A program made the position numbers and the translations under genes. A model generated the notes under the pieces. The model searched no databases and was not told the DNA's origin. It saw only the letters and a list, made by a program, of their open reading frames with translations. 64,000 nt of DNA from Rhizodiscina lignyota (taxonomy: Eukaryota), in the NCBI GenBank assembly GCA_010015805.1, contig ML978124.1:2356001-2420000 (forward strand), given 5' to 3'. Positions within the stretch are counted from its first letter, which is position 1. Each line of letters opens with the position of its first letter. Positions 24,035 to 36,793 of the stretch are shown in pieces.

Positions 24035-26312
24035 ATGTCCTCGTCGCCCGAGGACCTATCTGATTCCGTGAACAGCTACAGCACTCCACCACCACGAGGG
24101 AAGAACTCCGACACGTCTGCCTCGGACACAATCTCTGGCTTCACCGCCGTCAACGGCAGAGGCTCGCCACCTCACTCCATCACAAAGGTCAACGGTGTAA
24201 ACGGCGTCCACGGCATCCACCCTGACCATTACTCGCCAAAGATGGAGAACCCCACGACCGCTCAGCCCTACCCGCACGACACCATTCGCGTCGACAGCGC
24301 GCCGCCCAGGACGTCTCCAGCGGACGATCTGAGCATGACAAGCGCGGGAAAGCGGAAAAGATCAATTTCAAATGGTGACGGTCGCGATCTGCCCGTCGAG
24401 CAAGGGGAGTACGTACCACCAGAGAAACGGCGTTCGCCACCGCCGCAACCACACAGCTGGACCAATTCCCCAGCGCAAGGGATTGCACGTCTGCCCAATG
24501 AACAGACGCCATATCCGGCGCCAGACGCAGAACCAAAGGACAATCACGCGTGGTATGGCGCACGCCCGCAGCAGCGCGACAGTCCGAATGCGGATGCTAG
24601 GATGGTCGAGGCGCTCACTCAAAATATGGACGCCAGGCCGCCGCGCCCTGGTGAATTGCCGCCAATGGACCACCATATCGGAGGCACTCCGCACGATCAG
24701 ATTACAAGCACTACTGAAACGACGGCGGCGGGTGTACAAGTGGATCCTAAGAAACGCAAGCGAGTGAGTTTGGGGGCCATTCCTGCAGATCGGGCCAAGT
24801 CTAACCAGACGTCATTACAGGTCTTCAGCAATCGAACGAAGACAGGGTGCCAGACCTGCAGAAAGCGAAAGAAGAAGTGCGACGAGGACAAGCCTGAATG
24901 TACGCAAGATCCATTTTGCAATTGGAGCATAGACTGGCGGGCGCTTACTTTGTTTCAGGTCAGAATTGCAAGCGCGGAGGATTTGTATGCGAAGGCTACA
25001 CTAATAAGCAAAATTGGTCTTCAAAACCTGCCCTTCACGGAAAAGCTCCACCGATACCAATTCAGTCGAGAGAAGGGTATGGCGACACTGGCGGCTTGAT
25101 GCCAAGGTGAGTGGAGGAGAACATGACACTTTTTCGTCCAAACATCTACTGACTCGTGACCAGACCGCCACACAACAGCTACGAAATGGTGCAAACTCCA
25201 CAAACTCACGATGGAGGCCGAGCGCGTCCAATTCTCGTCGATGAAGAACACCCTAGATCTTGGGGCACACCAGGCTGGTCAACAGAGACACCCAGCCGCC
25301 AATACCCACACGAGCGCAGCAATTCAGACTTCCAGCACGGCATGCCCATCCCCGACCCACTACGGCCACAGCAGAGCTACGAAGAGCGCTCCGCATCCGC
25401 AGCACAGCACATTGCCATCACGTCGCACGGCCAGTCGCTCTCGCAGTACACTGAGACTCTCCCGCACGTCATGGGCCGGCGCAACGAGGAGCTGACTTCA
25501 ACTATTTTCTCGAGCAGGACGCACACGCCGCAATCGGCCATCTCGACGGCACAGCTGGCGCTGCAGCACACCCAGCAGTCGTCAAACCTGCCCCTGCACA
25601 CGCACAAGCCCAAGACGGAAAAGGAGAAGATGATCGCGGGTGAGGAGTACTACCCGTACACTGCACCGCTCATCGACGAGCGCGAGGCGTGCAAGGCTGC
25701 GCTGTGGCGCTTCAACAACTCCCAGAACCCGGCCAATGGTGTATCACGAGAAGAACGCGCTCGTCTCTTCCGTTCAATCCTGGTCCCTAGCTCCAACGAC
25801 ATCCGCCGCTCGACAAACCCCATGCATCCCGTGGGCCAGCTGGGCAAGGACGTGGTTGTTGAAGCGCCATTCCACTGCCAGTACGGGTACAACATCACGA
25901 TCGGCGAGAACGTGGTCATCGAGAGCAACTGCACCGTCATGGACACGTGCCGCGTCACCATCGGCAACGACTGCATTATCGGCCCGAACGTGAGCATCTA
26001 CAGCGCGACGGTCAGCCTGACGAGCCGCAATGGCAGCAAAGGCCCGCAGAAAGGCAAGATGGTGCACATTGGCGACAATGTGTTCATTGGTGGCAACGTC
26101 GTCATCAAGCCTGGTGTGAATGTCGGGAGGGGCGCCGTTATTGGCGCCGGAACGGTGGTCGATAAGGTCGGTCTGCTCCTATTTTAATTCCCACATCGAC
26201 CGCGGTGGACTGACTTTTCTCATAGAACGTCCCTGCCAACGTGATCTTCGTCGGACCGAGATCGGACACGCGTGAGGGTTTGTGGACAGACAAACCTTTC
26301 TCTCGTAGATGA
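24035..26312 (+). CDS. Zn2Cys6 transcription factor fused to a C-terminal maltose/galactoside O-acetyltransferase-like (hexapeptide beta-helix) domain, 5 exons
   Basis: Introns 24764-24820, 24900-24958, 25107-25163 and 26167-26225 rebuild RTKTGCQTCRKRKKKCDEDKPECQNCKRGGFVCEGY; C-terminus TEKEKMIAGEEY...VEAPFHCQYGYNITIG...[36 protein letters not shown]. Confidence 0.9.
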
Positions 26313-28436
26313 CACCCTTTCTGTTCTCACAGCTGCTAAACCTCATCCACGACAGATGGAGGTCCACGGTCCTCGCCTCCGCAGCACGCATTTCTGGTTT
26401 CCACACGCCCTAGCATCATGCCTGAGGCACCATACTCGTTGTTTCCGACATTCCGACCGGACTGGTTCGATGAAGATGGAGTGTAGTAAAAAAGGGAAGA
26501 AGATGAGATGAAAAGTTGATGCATGATGTCGTTTACGCTTTTGCTTTTTATGCCTTTTTGCAAGCGCTGTTTCATGTATCGCATTGCAAGAGCTGCTGCG
26601 ACGCGAGACTCAGGATGGCTTCGGAAAATGCCGAGCCAAGACAGCTTCGAATTTCGACACCTTTTGTTTGGGTGGCATTGTATGATATTTGTAGTACCTA
26701 CAAAAGCTTTTTACTGCATATATGCATAACTCATATCATCTCTCGCTTTGTTCTGCTTGAAATCCACATTCCGAGACGAGAGCCTTCAGTTCACCCTGCC
26801 TCCGATTTCGGCGGCTCTGACTACATAAATCACAACCAAGGGTTACCAGCCCTTAATCCAAGCCAGTCGCTAATCGTGCTAGCAATGCTCGCCCACTATC
26901 CTATCACCAAGAGACGGTGGAATCGCCGCCTTTTGATTTCGAAGAGCATCGTTACCTGCTTCGACTATCGGGCGAGATCAGACTCAATATCTACGATCAG
27001 CTTCTTGCCATGCTGTGCTACTCTAGTCTCACGCCTGCGCTATGGCATACAGAGTGCGATAGTAAGTTGACCTCAGCTTTTTGAAACTCTAAATAGCAAT
27101 ACCCTAAGACGAGTAAAACTAAACTTTCGGACATGATCCCGCTTACTCTGAAGAGCAAATGCTGCTTGGCCTTAGAGATAGGATGGGTTTTGCTGGCAAG
27201 ATTACTTGACGATTCGCCTCCATTGAAAATAACCCGTTCTGGCTGTGGTTGTGGTTTCATCGTCAACAAGCCGCTGCCCTTTCATTTTCTAGCAAGATCT
27301 AAAATTCGAACTTCGCATTTACCAATTCAGGCATGGATGAAGCAGTTCAGATACAATGTAGTCTCAAGGATGATGACAAAATATACGCGGCCGCCAGTCA
27401 AGCTGTATCGTCTAAAATCCTCGTCGCCACCACGTGGAGTGCTTGAAACCGCTGCCTCTGGACGAGAATGCCTTCTTGGATCCTTACCTGTCCTACTGAA
27501 GACTATCTCAGGGCTTGGGCCCAAGGACCACACACCTGCAATCCTTCCGAAAAGGACGGAAGTCCTTCGAGGTTACCGAGTTGGATTCTTGCGCCATGGT
27601 ATCTCTCCGTCAGTCTCGAAGCTCCCCGTCGGGTTTCGTGTCTGGCGAGGGACGCTTCGTACCGCACTTACCTGTATCTGCACTGTCGTATACTGCATCG
27701 ACTACTGCAAAGACACTCAAGCCGACATCCATCACCCCTTCGCTCTTGAGACCTTCCTTCGATGAGGAACACTCGGTTGGCCGACTGAACCAGCAACGCG
27801 CACATGTTGGTGAGTACGAGGACCTGGATGAACCTGGTAAGTGGAAGGAGAGAGCCAAGGAAGTAACACGTCAAAGAATATATCCGGTGCGTAAGGCTGT
27901 ATCCGGCGCGTAAGGCTGTATCCGACTGACCGACTCCAGCCAAGATCGACAAAGAGCGGGCCCGGCTTGTAGTTGTGCCAAGGAGGAAAAATGAATCGAG
28001 GTTTGAGTCTCGCCTCGAAATTGAAAGGGCAGCAAGTATGTCCATTTTATCTCCCGCTATGTACCCTGCAAGAGTACACAGTCGGCTCAGTGCTCGATGA
28101 TAGACAAGACGAGGAAAATGAAAAGGGTAAGACGAGACTCGAAAACTGATTTACAACACCTCATCACGAATACATGCCTCCACAGAAAGTTATTATGCAA
28201 TACGGTCTATTTGCATTCAAGCCAAGTAGTTAAAACACACTGTGTGAGAAATCCTCCCACTTGCTCCCATTGAGCTATCCAGTTAGTTCCCTTGCCCAAA
28301 ACGCCGCAAAATGCCGCACGACCAGACTCGCGCCTTCCTCTGAGAACGCCGCCCGCTAAATGCACAAGCACTACAGGACAACATTCCCATCTCCACTCAG
28401 CTACCTCCCGAACGTACGCTCCACCACCCTGGATCA

Positions 28437-31188
28437 TTATTTCGCCCCACCACCACCATTACTTGGACTCCCTGTCCCCCTCTCTAGCCCCTTCCCTGCA
28501 CTACTCCCCAACCCATTCGCTCCCGCGCCAGCCGCCAACCTCGCAACTCCCTGCGCAGCCGCGCTCAGTGCCGGACTACTCGCGAAGCCCTGCATCTGCA
28601 TCTGGCGCTGGTGTGTCTCCATCCACTTCTGCGGTGCCATGCTGGCCGGTGGCGGCGGCTTGGGCGGCAGATGGGGTGGTGTTCCCCATTTGGCGATTGT
28701 CGAATCCGGGTTGGGTGGTTGGGGGAGAGGGTGTTGGTTTGGTTGCTGAGGGGCGGTGGGGAGTGTTGTCGTCGTCGGTAGTGCGCTGGAGGTTGAGTTG
28801 TTGGTATTGGTGGATGAGGTAATCGCGACTGACTTTTGCGAGGTAGTCGCTGGATTGGAGTTCGAAGGCTGTCGGGAAACCGGTTCCTGGACACGATAAG
28901 TAGTAGATGCTTGGGAGGTGCTGATTCGACCGGGAAGAGGGTTGAACATGCCTTGCGATGAGACCATCATTTGCGTAGGGTAGTTGACGGGCTGTCCTTG
29001 TTGGACGGCGTACTGGGTTGCATTTCCAACTCCTCCAGGGACAAATGCTTGACTCTGCGGGTTGAATTGCTGTCGATTGAAGCTTCCGGGAATGGGATGC
29101 TGGTTCGATAGCGGCTTGCCATTCTGATACGCCGGGCCGGGCAACTGGCCATACGCATATGGGATCGGCTGTATGTTCTGAGTGGGAGAAGATTGAGACC
29201 TTTGGGTCGCTTGGTAGTTTGCGTCGAATTGTGGAGGCGGGGTCCATGTCTGTACGCCTTGGGCCATCTGCGGTTGATAGTGCAAAGGCAATGGGGCCAT
29301 AGACGGCGAAGGCATGGAAGTGGCGGGCTGAGACATCGGTTTCGGGTTTTGGAAGGACTGCATGCCGCGTTGATAGTCATTGGAAAGATCGTAGTTGACC
29401 TGGTTTGACGATTGGTACGCCTGCATCGATGTGTCCTGCGAATAGGACTGGCTCGGCCAGGCATAGTTTTGAAGATTGTCCGTCGCCACCACCTGTGGAT
29501 ATGCGTTTACGTATATCGGCGTCACGGGACTTGTCATGGTTTGATAGTTTCCATAGTATACGCCGTCCGAACCATATCCGGGAGCCATGACTGGAGGTCC
29601 GTAGTAGTATTGCGAGCGCGCTTCGAATCCGTCGTCGTTGTTGTTGTTGCGTTGCTTCTTTGCGCTACTCTTCTTTCTTTCTGATGCGGAGCTCGATCGG
29701 GAGATGTCCTCCGAGGCTGGTTCCGGAGTTTCAGGCGCCTCCGGCTCTTCAGCAGTCCCAAAAATGCGAAGACGCGCCTCACGATAACGAGCTTCTCGCT
29801 CTTCTCGAGTTATGGCTGCTTTAGTCTTTGAGTCGCCGCCGAGACCACCATCGCTCGCACTATCACCACCAGCTTCCGACGTTGTCTTCGACGGACCTTC
29901 AGAATTGGAAGCCGTGTTAGTTCCAGATATACTCTTGTCACCACCACGCCGCATGATCTTCCTCATCGGCAATGTCGGCGGTGGCGTGTCAAGGCTCGAG
30001 TTTCGGAGCGGAAGACTGGACAGCGGCATGGCTAGTCGTGTAACATGGCTCTTGAAGACCTCCACAGCCTGACCGGTCTGGTCGGGTATATGACCGAGAC
30101 CATAATAATCTGCCAGTCGATGAGATAACATGCGGTAAAACGAGTTGCACTGAGGCAAGAACATCCGGGTTTGCCTGCAGCGGGTAAGTAGGACTTATGA
30201 GAAAAGGCAATGGGTAGGACACTTACTGAGTGTTGTTGATAAAATCAATCAAATCTTGCTCAATCTTCAACACCCACAAACGGTCTTTGTGAGATTCCAG
30301 TGCCTCCAACAGCTTCTCATCTGGCGCGAGCACAGGGATATCCGGGCTTGCGCCAACAGAAGGCTGTGGCGGCAGAGCTCTCGGCTGCACTACAGCTGGG
30401 ACAGATCCATCTCCGAAAGCAATTCCTGCGCTTGATACCGGTCGCGATTGAAACTGGGCGTTCGGAGTGCTACGCTGTGGCGCCATGATAGAGATCTCGC
30501 GCAATTGGTCTCTAAATGCACGGCCACCACTATCCGAGCCTACTCTTGAGCCTGCAACAACTGACCCTGCAGCCGAGGTCCCTTCTTCCTCCTCTACTGC
30601 TCTCAGACTCGCGCTATCATCTGGCCGAAGCGATTCTTTCTCGTCCAAAGCGAAAGTTGTGGCCGATGTGATGCTTTTGCCATCCATACTAGGCGGCTTT
30701 GCAGAATCGTCAGACGAGGAGACTTGAGTGCTACCATCATCCGTCGCAATCGACCTGCGCAACTCTTGAGCAGGCTGGATAATTTCCGGCTGGGTAGCCG
30801 GTTGACGAGGCCCCGACATGCCCACTAATGGGCTGCCTTGTCTACTCGAGTGTGCGACAGGAGGCCCGCCACTTGAACCGGTCTCTTTTGAAGGCTCTGT
30901 GCCAGCCTTTAGAGATTCCTCATTCACACCCTTTGACCTGTTTTGTGCGCCATTTTGAAAAGTGACATTGACATTTGACACCGAAGGTTTGGCATCGCTA
31001 GCCAAAGTATTATTATTCGTTTTGTTGTTTGGTGGAACGTAAGAAGAAGCTGCGACCTGAACGATGTGTATTAGTGTTTCGTGCGTTGAACTTATCGCAG
31101 AGATACTCACTGATGCAAACGACGGTTTCATGGTGGTCGTTTCCGCAGGCCGTGCAGGCATAACTAGCGGAGCTGCCTTTGATTCCAT
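28437..31188 (-). CDS. R3H and SUZ domain RNA-binding protein (encore/Rbs1-like), 3 exons
   Basis: R3H motif NSFYRMLSHRLADYYGL; SUZ motif TREEREARYREARLRIF; introns 31110-31057 and 30226-30175; Q/P-rich C-terminus. Confidence 0.88.
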
Positions 31189-32083
31189 TTCGAAGAAAAT
31201 GAATGACTTGTCGCACGCCTCGAAGCCGACACACTCCGGCCCTTAGCGGTGCGATGGAATTAAAGCGGGGGAGAGTGAAAGCGAGAAGGCTCAAGTAAAA
31301 GGTTGCTCAAGGGAATCCAACGGTGGCGGCGCACGAATGCTGCACATGTTGAAGCGATCTCGGCATTGAGAATTTCGCAATTTGATGGATCGCTTTTGGT
31401 GGTGCAGATGATTGTGTGACGTGTTCTGGTAGATGAAGGTGAATGAAGTGAGGCTGCGAGCCTGAGGCGTTGACCTTAAAAGTGCTGATGCGGAAGCCCC
31501 TCGGCCGTGCGTTTACACACAGCGTCAGACGCCAGCTGCGCGTAGCCGGAGCAGTAGAGTGGGGTGTTCGATGAGAGCACGATCACAGCCACAGCTCGGA
31601 GCAATGGTGTGTTGTTGTACGCTGACTGCTGCTTCACGAGGGAGGGAATTAAATGTCGCAAGCGGTAGTCGAGAGAGGAAGCGTCGGTGCAGGTGGTGAG
31701 AGAACCGGGGCCGGCGCGGCACATCATTTCGCCGCACCGTTTCTTGGCGTCCCGCATCGGCCATTGTTTTCAAGAGCAACAGCCACCACGCGAACTTCTT
31801 CCTTACAACTACACATCTCACCTCCCACCGAAAGCTGCGACACTTGCCAAGTCTCTCATCGCAGACTCCGTGTCCTCACCAACTCGTTTGGTGGAGCCAC
31901 AAATCTCAATCACCGCCTCTCTCGCCCCTCTTCCGCCCGCTAAGCTGTGGCGCATCACTCGCAGCTATACAACCTCCACACGCGCCTTACGGCAGCACCA
32001 CCGCCATCCAACACATTGCAGCGCCTTCGCGCCGGCTAGCTCTAACAAGCCATCGCTCTGTATCTTCGATCATGATCTAAGCC

Positions 32084-33688
32084 ATGGACCGCTTCCGAGG
32101 ACCCCAGAGAGCGACAGCGTCGACGCTGTGCCAGAAGTGCCTGCAACGCGGACACTACAGTTACGAGTGTAAGAGCGCGGTGCAGTCCCGACCATATGTT
32201 TCACGTCCTTCACGAACGCAGCAGCTCTTGAACCCAAAGCTCGCCCCCAAACTCAACACTGAGAATCCGAATGAGCTTCTAAGGAAAGATGGCGTCGCCG
32301 ACGAAGTGATAGCCAAACAAGTTGAGGATCGAGGACGGAAGAGATCGCGTGAAGATAAAGCGGACTTACCCTCTACAGAAATTCGCAAGCGCTCTCGTTC
32401 CGTTTCGACATATCGCTCCTCCTCGACCTCGACGATTACCAGCCGGGGCTCGCGCTCTCGATCCCGATCTCGATCCCGTTATCGATCACGCTCAAGATCC
32501 CCAAACCGATCTCGATCGCGCTCACCTCGTCGCAGGTATCGCGAGCGTGATGATTACCTGCTCTCACAGCGCCGTGAAACACAAGACCGAATTCCATCTC
32601 CAGATCTCGCACCCAGTAGGAAGCGCCAGCGACGCTCCTCCTCGGCATCTTACCGCTCCTACCATGCCGAGTCCTATCATCCTAGCGACTCACATGACCG
32701 TTACCGCTCCAGATCTCGAGATGACGATCGCAACGTGAGGCGCCGGCGCAGTTCGTTCAGCCCCGAAGAGCGCGGCCGCAGCCTCAGATCCTACAGTCGT
32801 CGCAGCAGATCGTCGAGCCCACGCCGCAGATCGTACAGTCGTGGTAGCTCTAGGTCCCTTGACCGCAACAGAAATGCGAGGCGAAGATACTCTGACAGTC
32901 GCTCGCTGTCCAGTAGGAGGAGCGTGAGCAGGGGCAGGCGTGCACGAAGTGGAAGATCCCGCAGTGTATCGTCAAGCAGGAGCACGAGCAGGGGTAGACG
33001 CTCAAGAGCAGGAAGATCTCGCAGTCTGTCGTCGAGCAGGAGCGTGAGCAGAGGCAGGCAGAGCAGCCGCAGGTCCGAGTCCTATGACAGCAGGTACTCG
33101 CACGACAGGAGGTCGAGGAGCAGAGACAGGGCAAGGAGTACGAGTAGGCGTCGAAATACCTCATCAGTCTCGGGTCGTCCAAGGGGCACCAATAGACGTC
33201 GCAACAGTTCCTCGCTTTCGGATCGATCGATGAGGCGAGGTGGACGAGCTAGATCAAGGGCTGGGGAGTCAGCAGATCGCGCTCCAGCAAGACGAGGAGG
33301 ACGAGATCGCTCGTGGTCTCGATCGAGAAGCCCGTACAGTGCCAGAGGTGCAAGAGGAGGAGCCCGCTCTCGCTCACGCTCGCCGTCCAGGAGCGCGTAC
33401 GGCGCAAGGGAGATGAGGCAGAGACCGAGTCGCTTTGATGTCGAGCCTGAGGAGATGCGCGGCGGCGGACAGTCACGATCGAGGAGTCCCTACCATCAGA
33501 GGGACGCGAGAAGCAGGCCAACTCGATTTGACGTTCGGGGAGAAGGTGTCGACAGGGGTGAGCAAGTGGGAGGAGGTGGCCGGTGGAATGGGAGCACCGG
33601 ACCTCCACCACCGCGTGAGGAGAGGAGTCCGAGCCCATGGACCAAGAGGCAGAGACTTACGGCGGCATTGGGGCAGGAGCGGCGTTAG
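32084..33688 (+). CDS. CCHC zinc-knuckle protein with a long RS-rich region (SREK1IP1-like, putative splicing regulator)
   Basis: CQKCLQRGHYSYEC...RPYVSRPSRTQQL followed by extensive RS dipeptide tracts. Confidence 0.85.
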   Translation: MDRFRGPQRATASTLCQKCLQRGHYSYECKSAVQSRPYVSRPSRTQQLLNPKLAPKLNTENPNELLRKDGVADEVIAKQVEDRGRKRSREDKADLPSTEIRKRSRSVSTYRSSSTSTITSRGSRSRSRSRSRYRSRSRSPNRSRSRSPRRRYRERDDYLLSQRRETQDRIPSPDLAPSRKRQRRSSSASYRSYHAESYHPSDSHDRYRSRSRDDDRNVRRRRSSFSPEERGRSLRSYSRRSRSSSPRRRSYSRGSSRSLDRNRNARRRYSDSRSLSSRRSVSRGRRARSGRSRSVSSSRSTSRGRRSRAGRSRSLSSSRSVSRGRQSSRRSESYDSRYSHDRRSRSRDRARSTSRRRNTSSVSGRPRGTNRRRNSSSLSDRSMRRGGRARSRAGESADRAPARRGGRDRSWSRSRSPYSARGARGGARSRSRSPSRSAYGAREMRQRPSRFDVEPEEMRGGGQSRSRSPYHQRDARSRPTRFDVRGEGVDRGEQVGGGGRWNGSTGPPPPREERSPSPWTKRQRLTAALGQERR

Positions 33689-34309
33689 GGTGGCGGAAGA
33701 CGTTGAGATGATGACGTGGTGGTGGCTTTTCAGTGTCTTCTCGTGTATCGGCACTCGCCGGTGTGGTTCCTGCATTCCTGACCCTAATGAATCGGGCCCT
33801 TCGGGGAATGAACGTACTAGGGCGCCTGCAGGTTCCCACCCTCTAATGGATCGGTCCCTTCGGGGTTCTCGTACTAGAGTAGCAGCGTAGTTAGCAATTG
33901 ATACCATCCCCTTTGCCTATACAATCAAAGTATTTGATACTTTAGTTCGTGCTTAGTTCGTGCTATAAGTACTCTACAAATGGTTCCCCTTTCGATCGTG
34001 CAATACCATCAATAGGACTATGTGTATCGTCGTGTGGCGTATAGCCACTTCTATTGGTCAAGTCTTGAGCGCTTTCAACAGTGAGATATTTTTGTATTCA
34101 CTCTGAGAACGTGGAGCCATGCCTTCAGAGATGATCTTGTTTAATTCGAAGTGCAAGAACGGTTCACCTTTACGCATTACAGGTTTCCCGGCAGCAGCCT
34201 GTTTTGCTACCCTTGGAGTATGGTAGTTGGACGAAATGCCATTCGGTCAGTTACGATATACAGCCTCTACCACCGACTAGATTCAAAAGCTCTCAACATT
34301 GTATTGATG

Positions 34310-35105
34310 TTATAAATGCTCCGCAGAAGGTAGAGCTAAGCTTTCAGAGGCCGGCTCGCTTTCCTTCAGGTGCGAGAGCTGCTCTACGTTTAGCGTTCCG
34401 GCTCGTACGGTAACCAGGTGTCGTCTTACCCTAAAGGCTTTATTTATTTTTTATAGTTGAAGGTTTTCGAGGTATGTTGTTATGGTATATGCTCTAATGA
34501 ACGTATAACTTAGCCTTCAGAGGTAGTCTCGCATGCCGTGATATACACCCCAAAAGACATAGAACTAAGCTTTCAGAGGTTCTCTTAATGTGCGGGAGCT
34601 GCAGGCCTTTAGGTGGTACAGCTTGCCCGGCGGAGTCAAAGTGTATAGCTTCTAAGATGAAATAGCGTATAGGTATACAGCAGTGTTACTGTTGTTTTAA
34701 ACACCACAAAAGAAGGTATAACTAAGCTTTCAGGGATAATCTTGAAGATGCAATCCGCCACGTGGAGATGGTGGAGAAGATGGCGATGGCAAACATGAAG
34801 AAGGCCCACGAAGACGTGAAGAGCAATTCTTGCTTGCCTTGACATACACTTCAAAGGTAGAACTAAGCTTTCGGAGGCCATCTCGCTTGCCTTGGAGTGG
34901 AAGAGGAGTTCGCCCCTTTGATGCTAGGACCTCATCTGACGGCTTTGGTGAAAGCCTCTGTGACCGATAGAGGCATAAGTTCTTCAATGGAATCGGCATT
35001 GTCGTATACACTCCAGAGAACGTTGGACCAAACTTTCATAGATAGTCTCTCATGCTTGATATACACTCTCGAGAACGTATAATCAAGCTTCCAGAGATAG
35101 TCTTG
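34310..35105. repeat. Degenerate interspersed repeat of about 56 bp (core TAKAACTAAGCTTTCAGAGG), at least 7 copies
   Basis: Core copies start near 34331, 34504, 34560, 34717, 34858, 35023 and 35078; shared flanks ATACAC.. and ..TCTCGCATGC. Confidence 0.75.
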
Positions 35106-35187
35106 ATTAGCTCGAAGAGCAAGAGCTGCCCACCATTAGGCGTTACAGCCTGCCTGGCAACCAATATCTTGTCACCCTCGAGGTAGT

Positions 35188-36793
35188 TTAACACCCCCCT
35201 GTCGCACTGCTTCCCACGCAGACCGGCCCCGTGCAATTCCACCCATGCGGATCCTCCACATTGCCGCACAAATACGACGAAGCCTCCGTTGTGGTGCTGT
35301 TAATAGTCAGGTCGACGTCTGTGATCGTGATGTCGTGGCACGGTTTCACGCCGCTACATTGCAGACTGGCGACTTGGGAAGTCGTTGATGTTCCGGTCAG
35401 TTTGGAGTATTTGATGTTCTCTAACTCGAATTTGGATGATGTGCAATTGCCCGATGCGCCTGAGAACGTGGTACATTGAGATATTGATATTGGCGCGCCG
35501 CGGAAGCCGTTACCGTGGAGGTTTGTGAAAGTTAAATTAGACGCGTCTGAGAGTATGTTAGCTATGATATACGCAGCAAGGTCGAAGTCAGGGGCAGGAG
35601 AGAACTGACATCCCAGGCCGCCACCTCCGCCATTTGGTGGATATCCGACTTGTTCGCCAGTCCACGTCTTGAAGTATGCCTGAAGTGATGCTCGTTAGCA
35701 AAGCTTCTCTACGTTTTAGATCTTAACTAGATTAACGCACAGCGTGCAAAGTTTTCTCATAGCGAATGTTGTCCGCGCTGACTCGCTCAATGGTCTCGAA
35801 ATTACCCTTATACTGACCGATACTGCCAATTGCAATGCCGAGGCCGTTGTAGAATGTGCAATTGGTAATGCTGATGTCGGTGCTGTTGGCTTTCATCGAG
35901 ATGCTGTCGTCGCCATTCACCACTATCCATTTGTTGAAATGAATTTTAGATGAGAACATGGTGTCGGCACCATCCGTATTTGCTGAGTCGTATTAGCATC
36001 CCGGTTCGATGTACGATCCCGCAGTATTGAATTGGAAGGCTTACAGCTAGTTGAGCCATCCATGCCAGTATTGTTGACGTAGATATTCTCCAACAGATTG
36101 TTATGCGAGTGAATCATTGACATGGTCCTGACATTCTGTCAGTCCTCGTTTACGCGGACAGTGTAGTCAGAGGAATACTTACCACATTTGGCTCTGCAGG
36201 AAGATCAGGCCTTCAACAACCGAGTTCGTCAGTCCATTGAACGTAATTTGGTGTGGTCGGCCAGGATAATTCGATTGACCGTGAATGAAGTGATACCAAA
36301 CCGGTCCGTTGCCGTTCAGGGTGCCGTACCCATGGCCATTGAAGTGGACGTTGTCTCCTCCGAGGACAAAAGCTGTGGATTGGTTTTGATATCCCACTGG
36401 AATGGAGTGGTTGAGCCAGTATTGTATATCAGTCCCCCACTAAAGTAAGGATGAAAGTTAGCACTTGGCGTCTCGAGGAGTCCGACCCAGGGGATCCCTT
36501 ACAAGCAATGTACCCTTGAGATCAATTTCGCAATCCTTCAGACCAGTGATGTTCAGGACAGTGTTGACATAGTACGTCGTATTCTTGAATGCCACAGTCC
36601 CTCCATGCCCACACTTTTTGAAGGCTTGGCGGATGGCTGGTGCATCGTCCGTTGCATTCGACCCACTTGCCTTTACGACACAAGTTTTCTTATATGACCT
36701 TGGGGCAAGGTTTCGCTCAATGGGCCTCGACAAGCCTCCAAAGATGGGACGAATGAAGCAGCAGAACAGCAGAACAGAGCTATGAAAGTGCAT
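35188..36793 (-). CDS. Secreted GH28 pectin-active glycoside hydrolase (exo-rhamnogalacturonase / RgxB-like), 6 exons
   Basis: Signal peptide; DDAPAIRQAF, NTDGADT, NGDDSISMK, GLGIAIGSIGQY (no His in the GHG position), YFKTWTG...GYPPNGGGGGLG; five GT..AG introns resolved in frame. Confidence 0.88.

Noticed and set aside
27881..27924. Resemblance of the 19-bp duplication to bacterial REP sequences
   Set aside because: Direct tandem copies without REP palindromic organisation in a fungal context; likely slippage
33784..33820. Hammerhead ribozyme (CTAATGA...GAAC) or SECIS element
   Set aside because: Core deviates from CUGAUGA/GAAA and stem III is absent; the helix is too short for SECIS
34310..35105. 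CRISPR-like repeat-spacer appearance
   Set aside because: Eukaryotic context, degenerate repeats, irregular spacing and no cas genes
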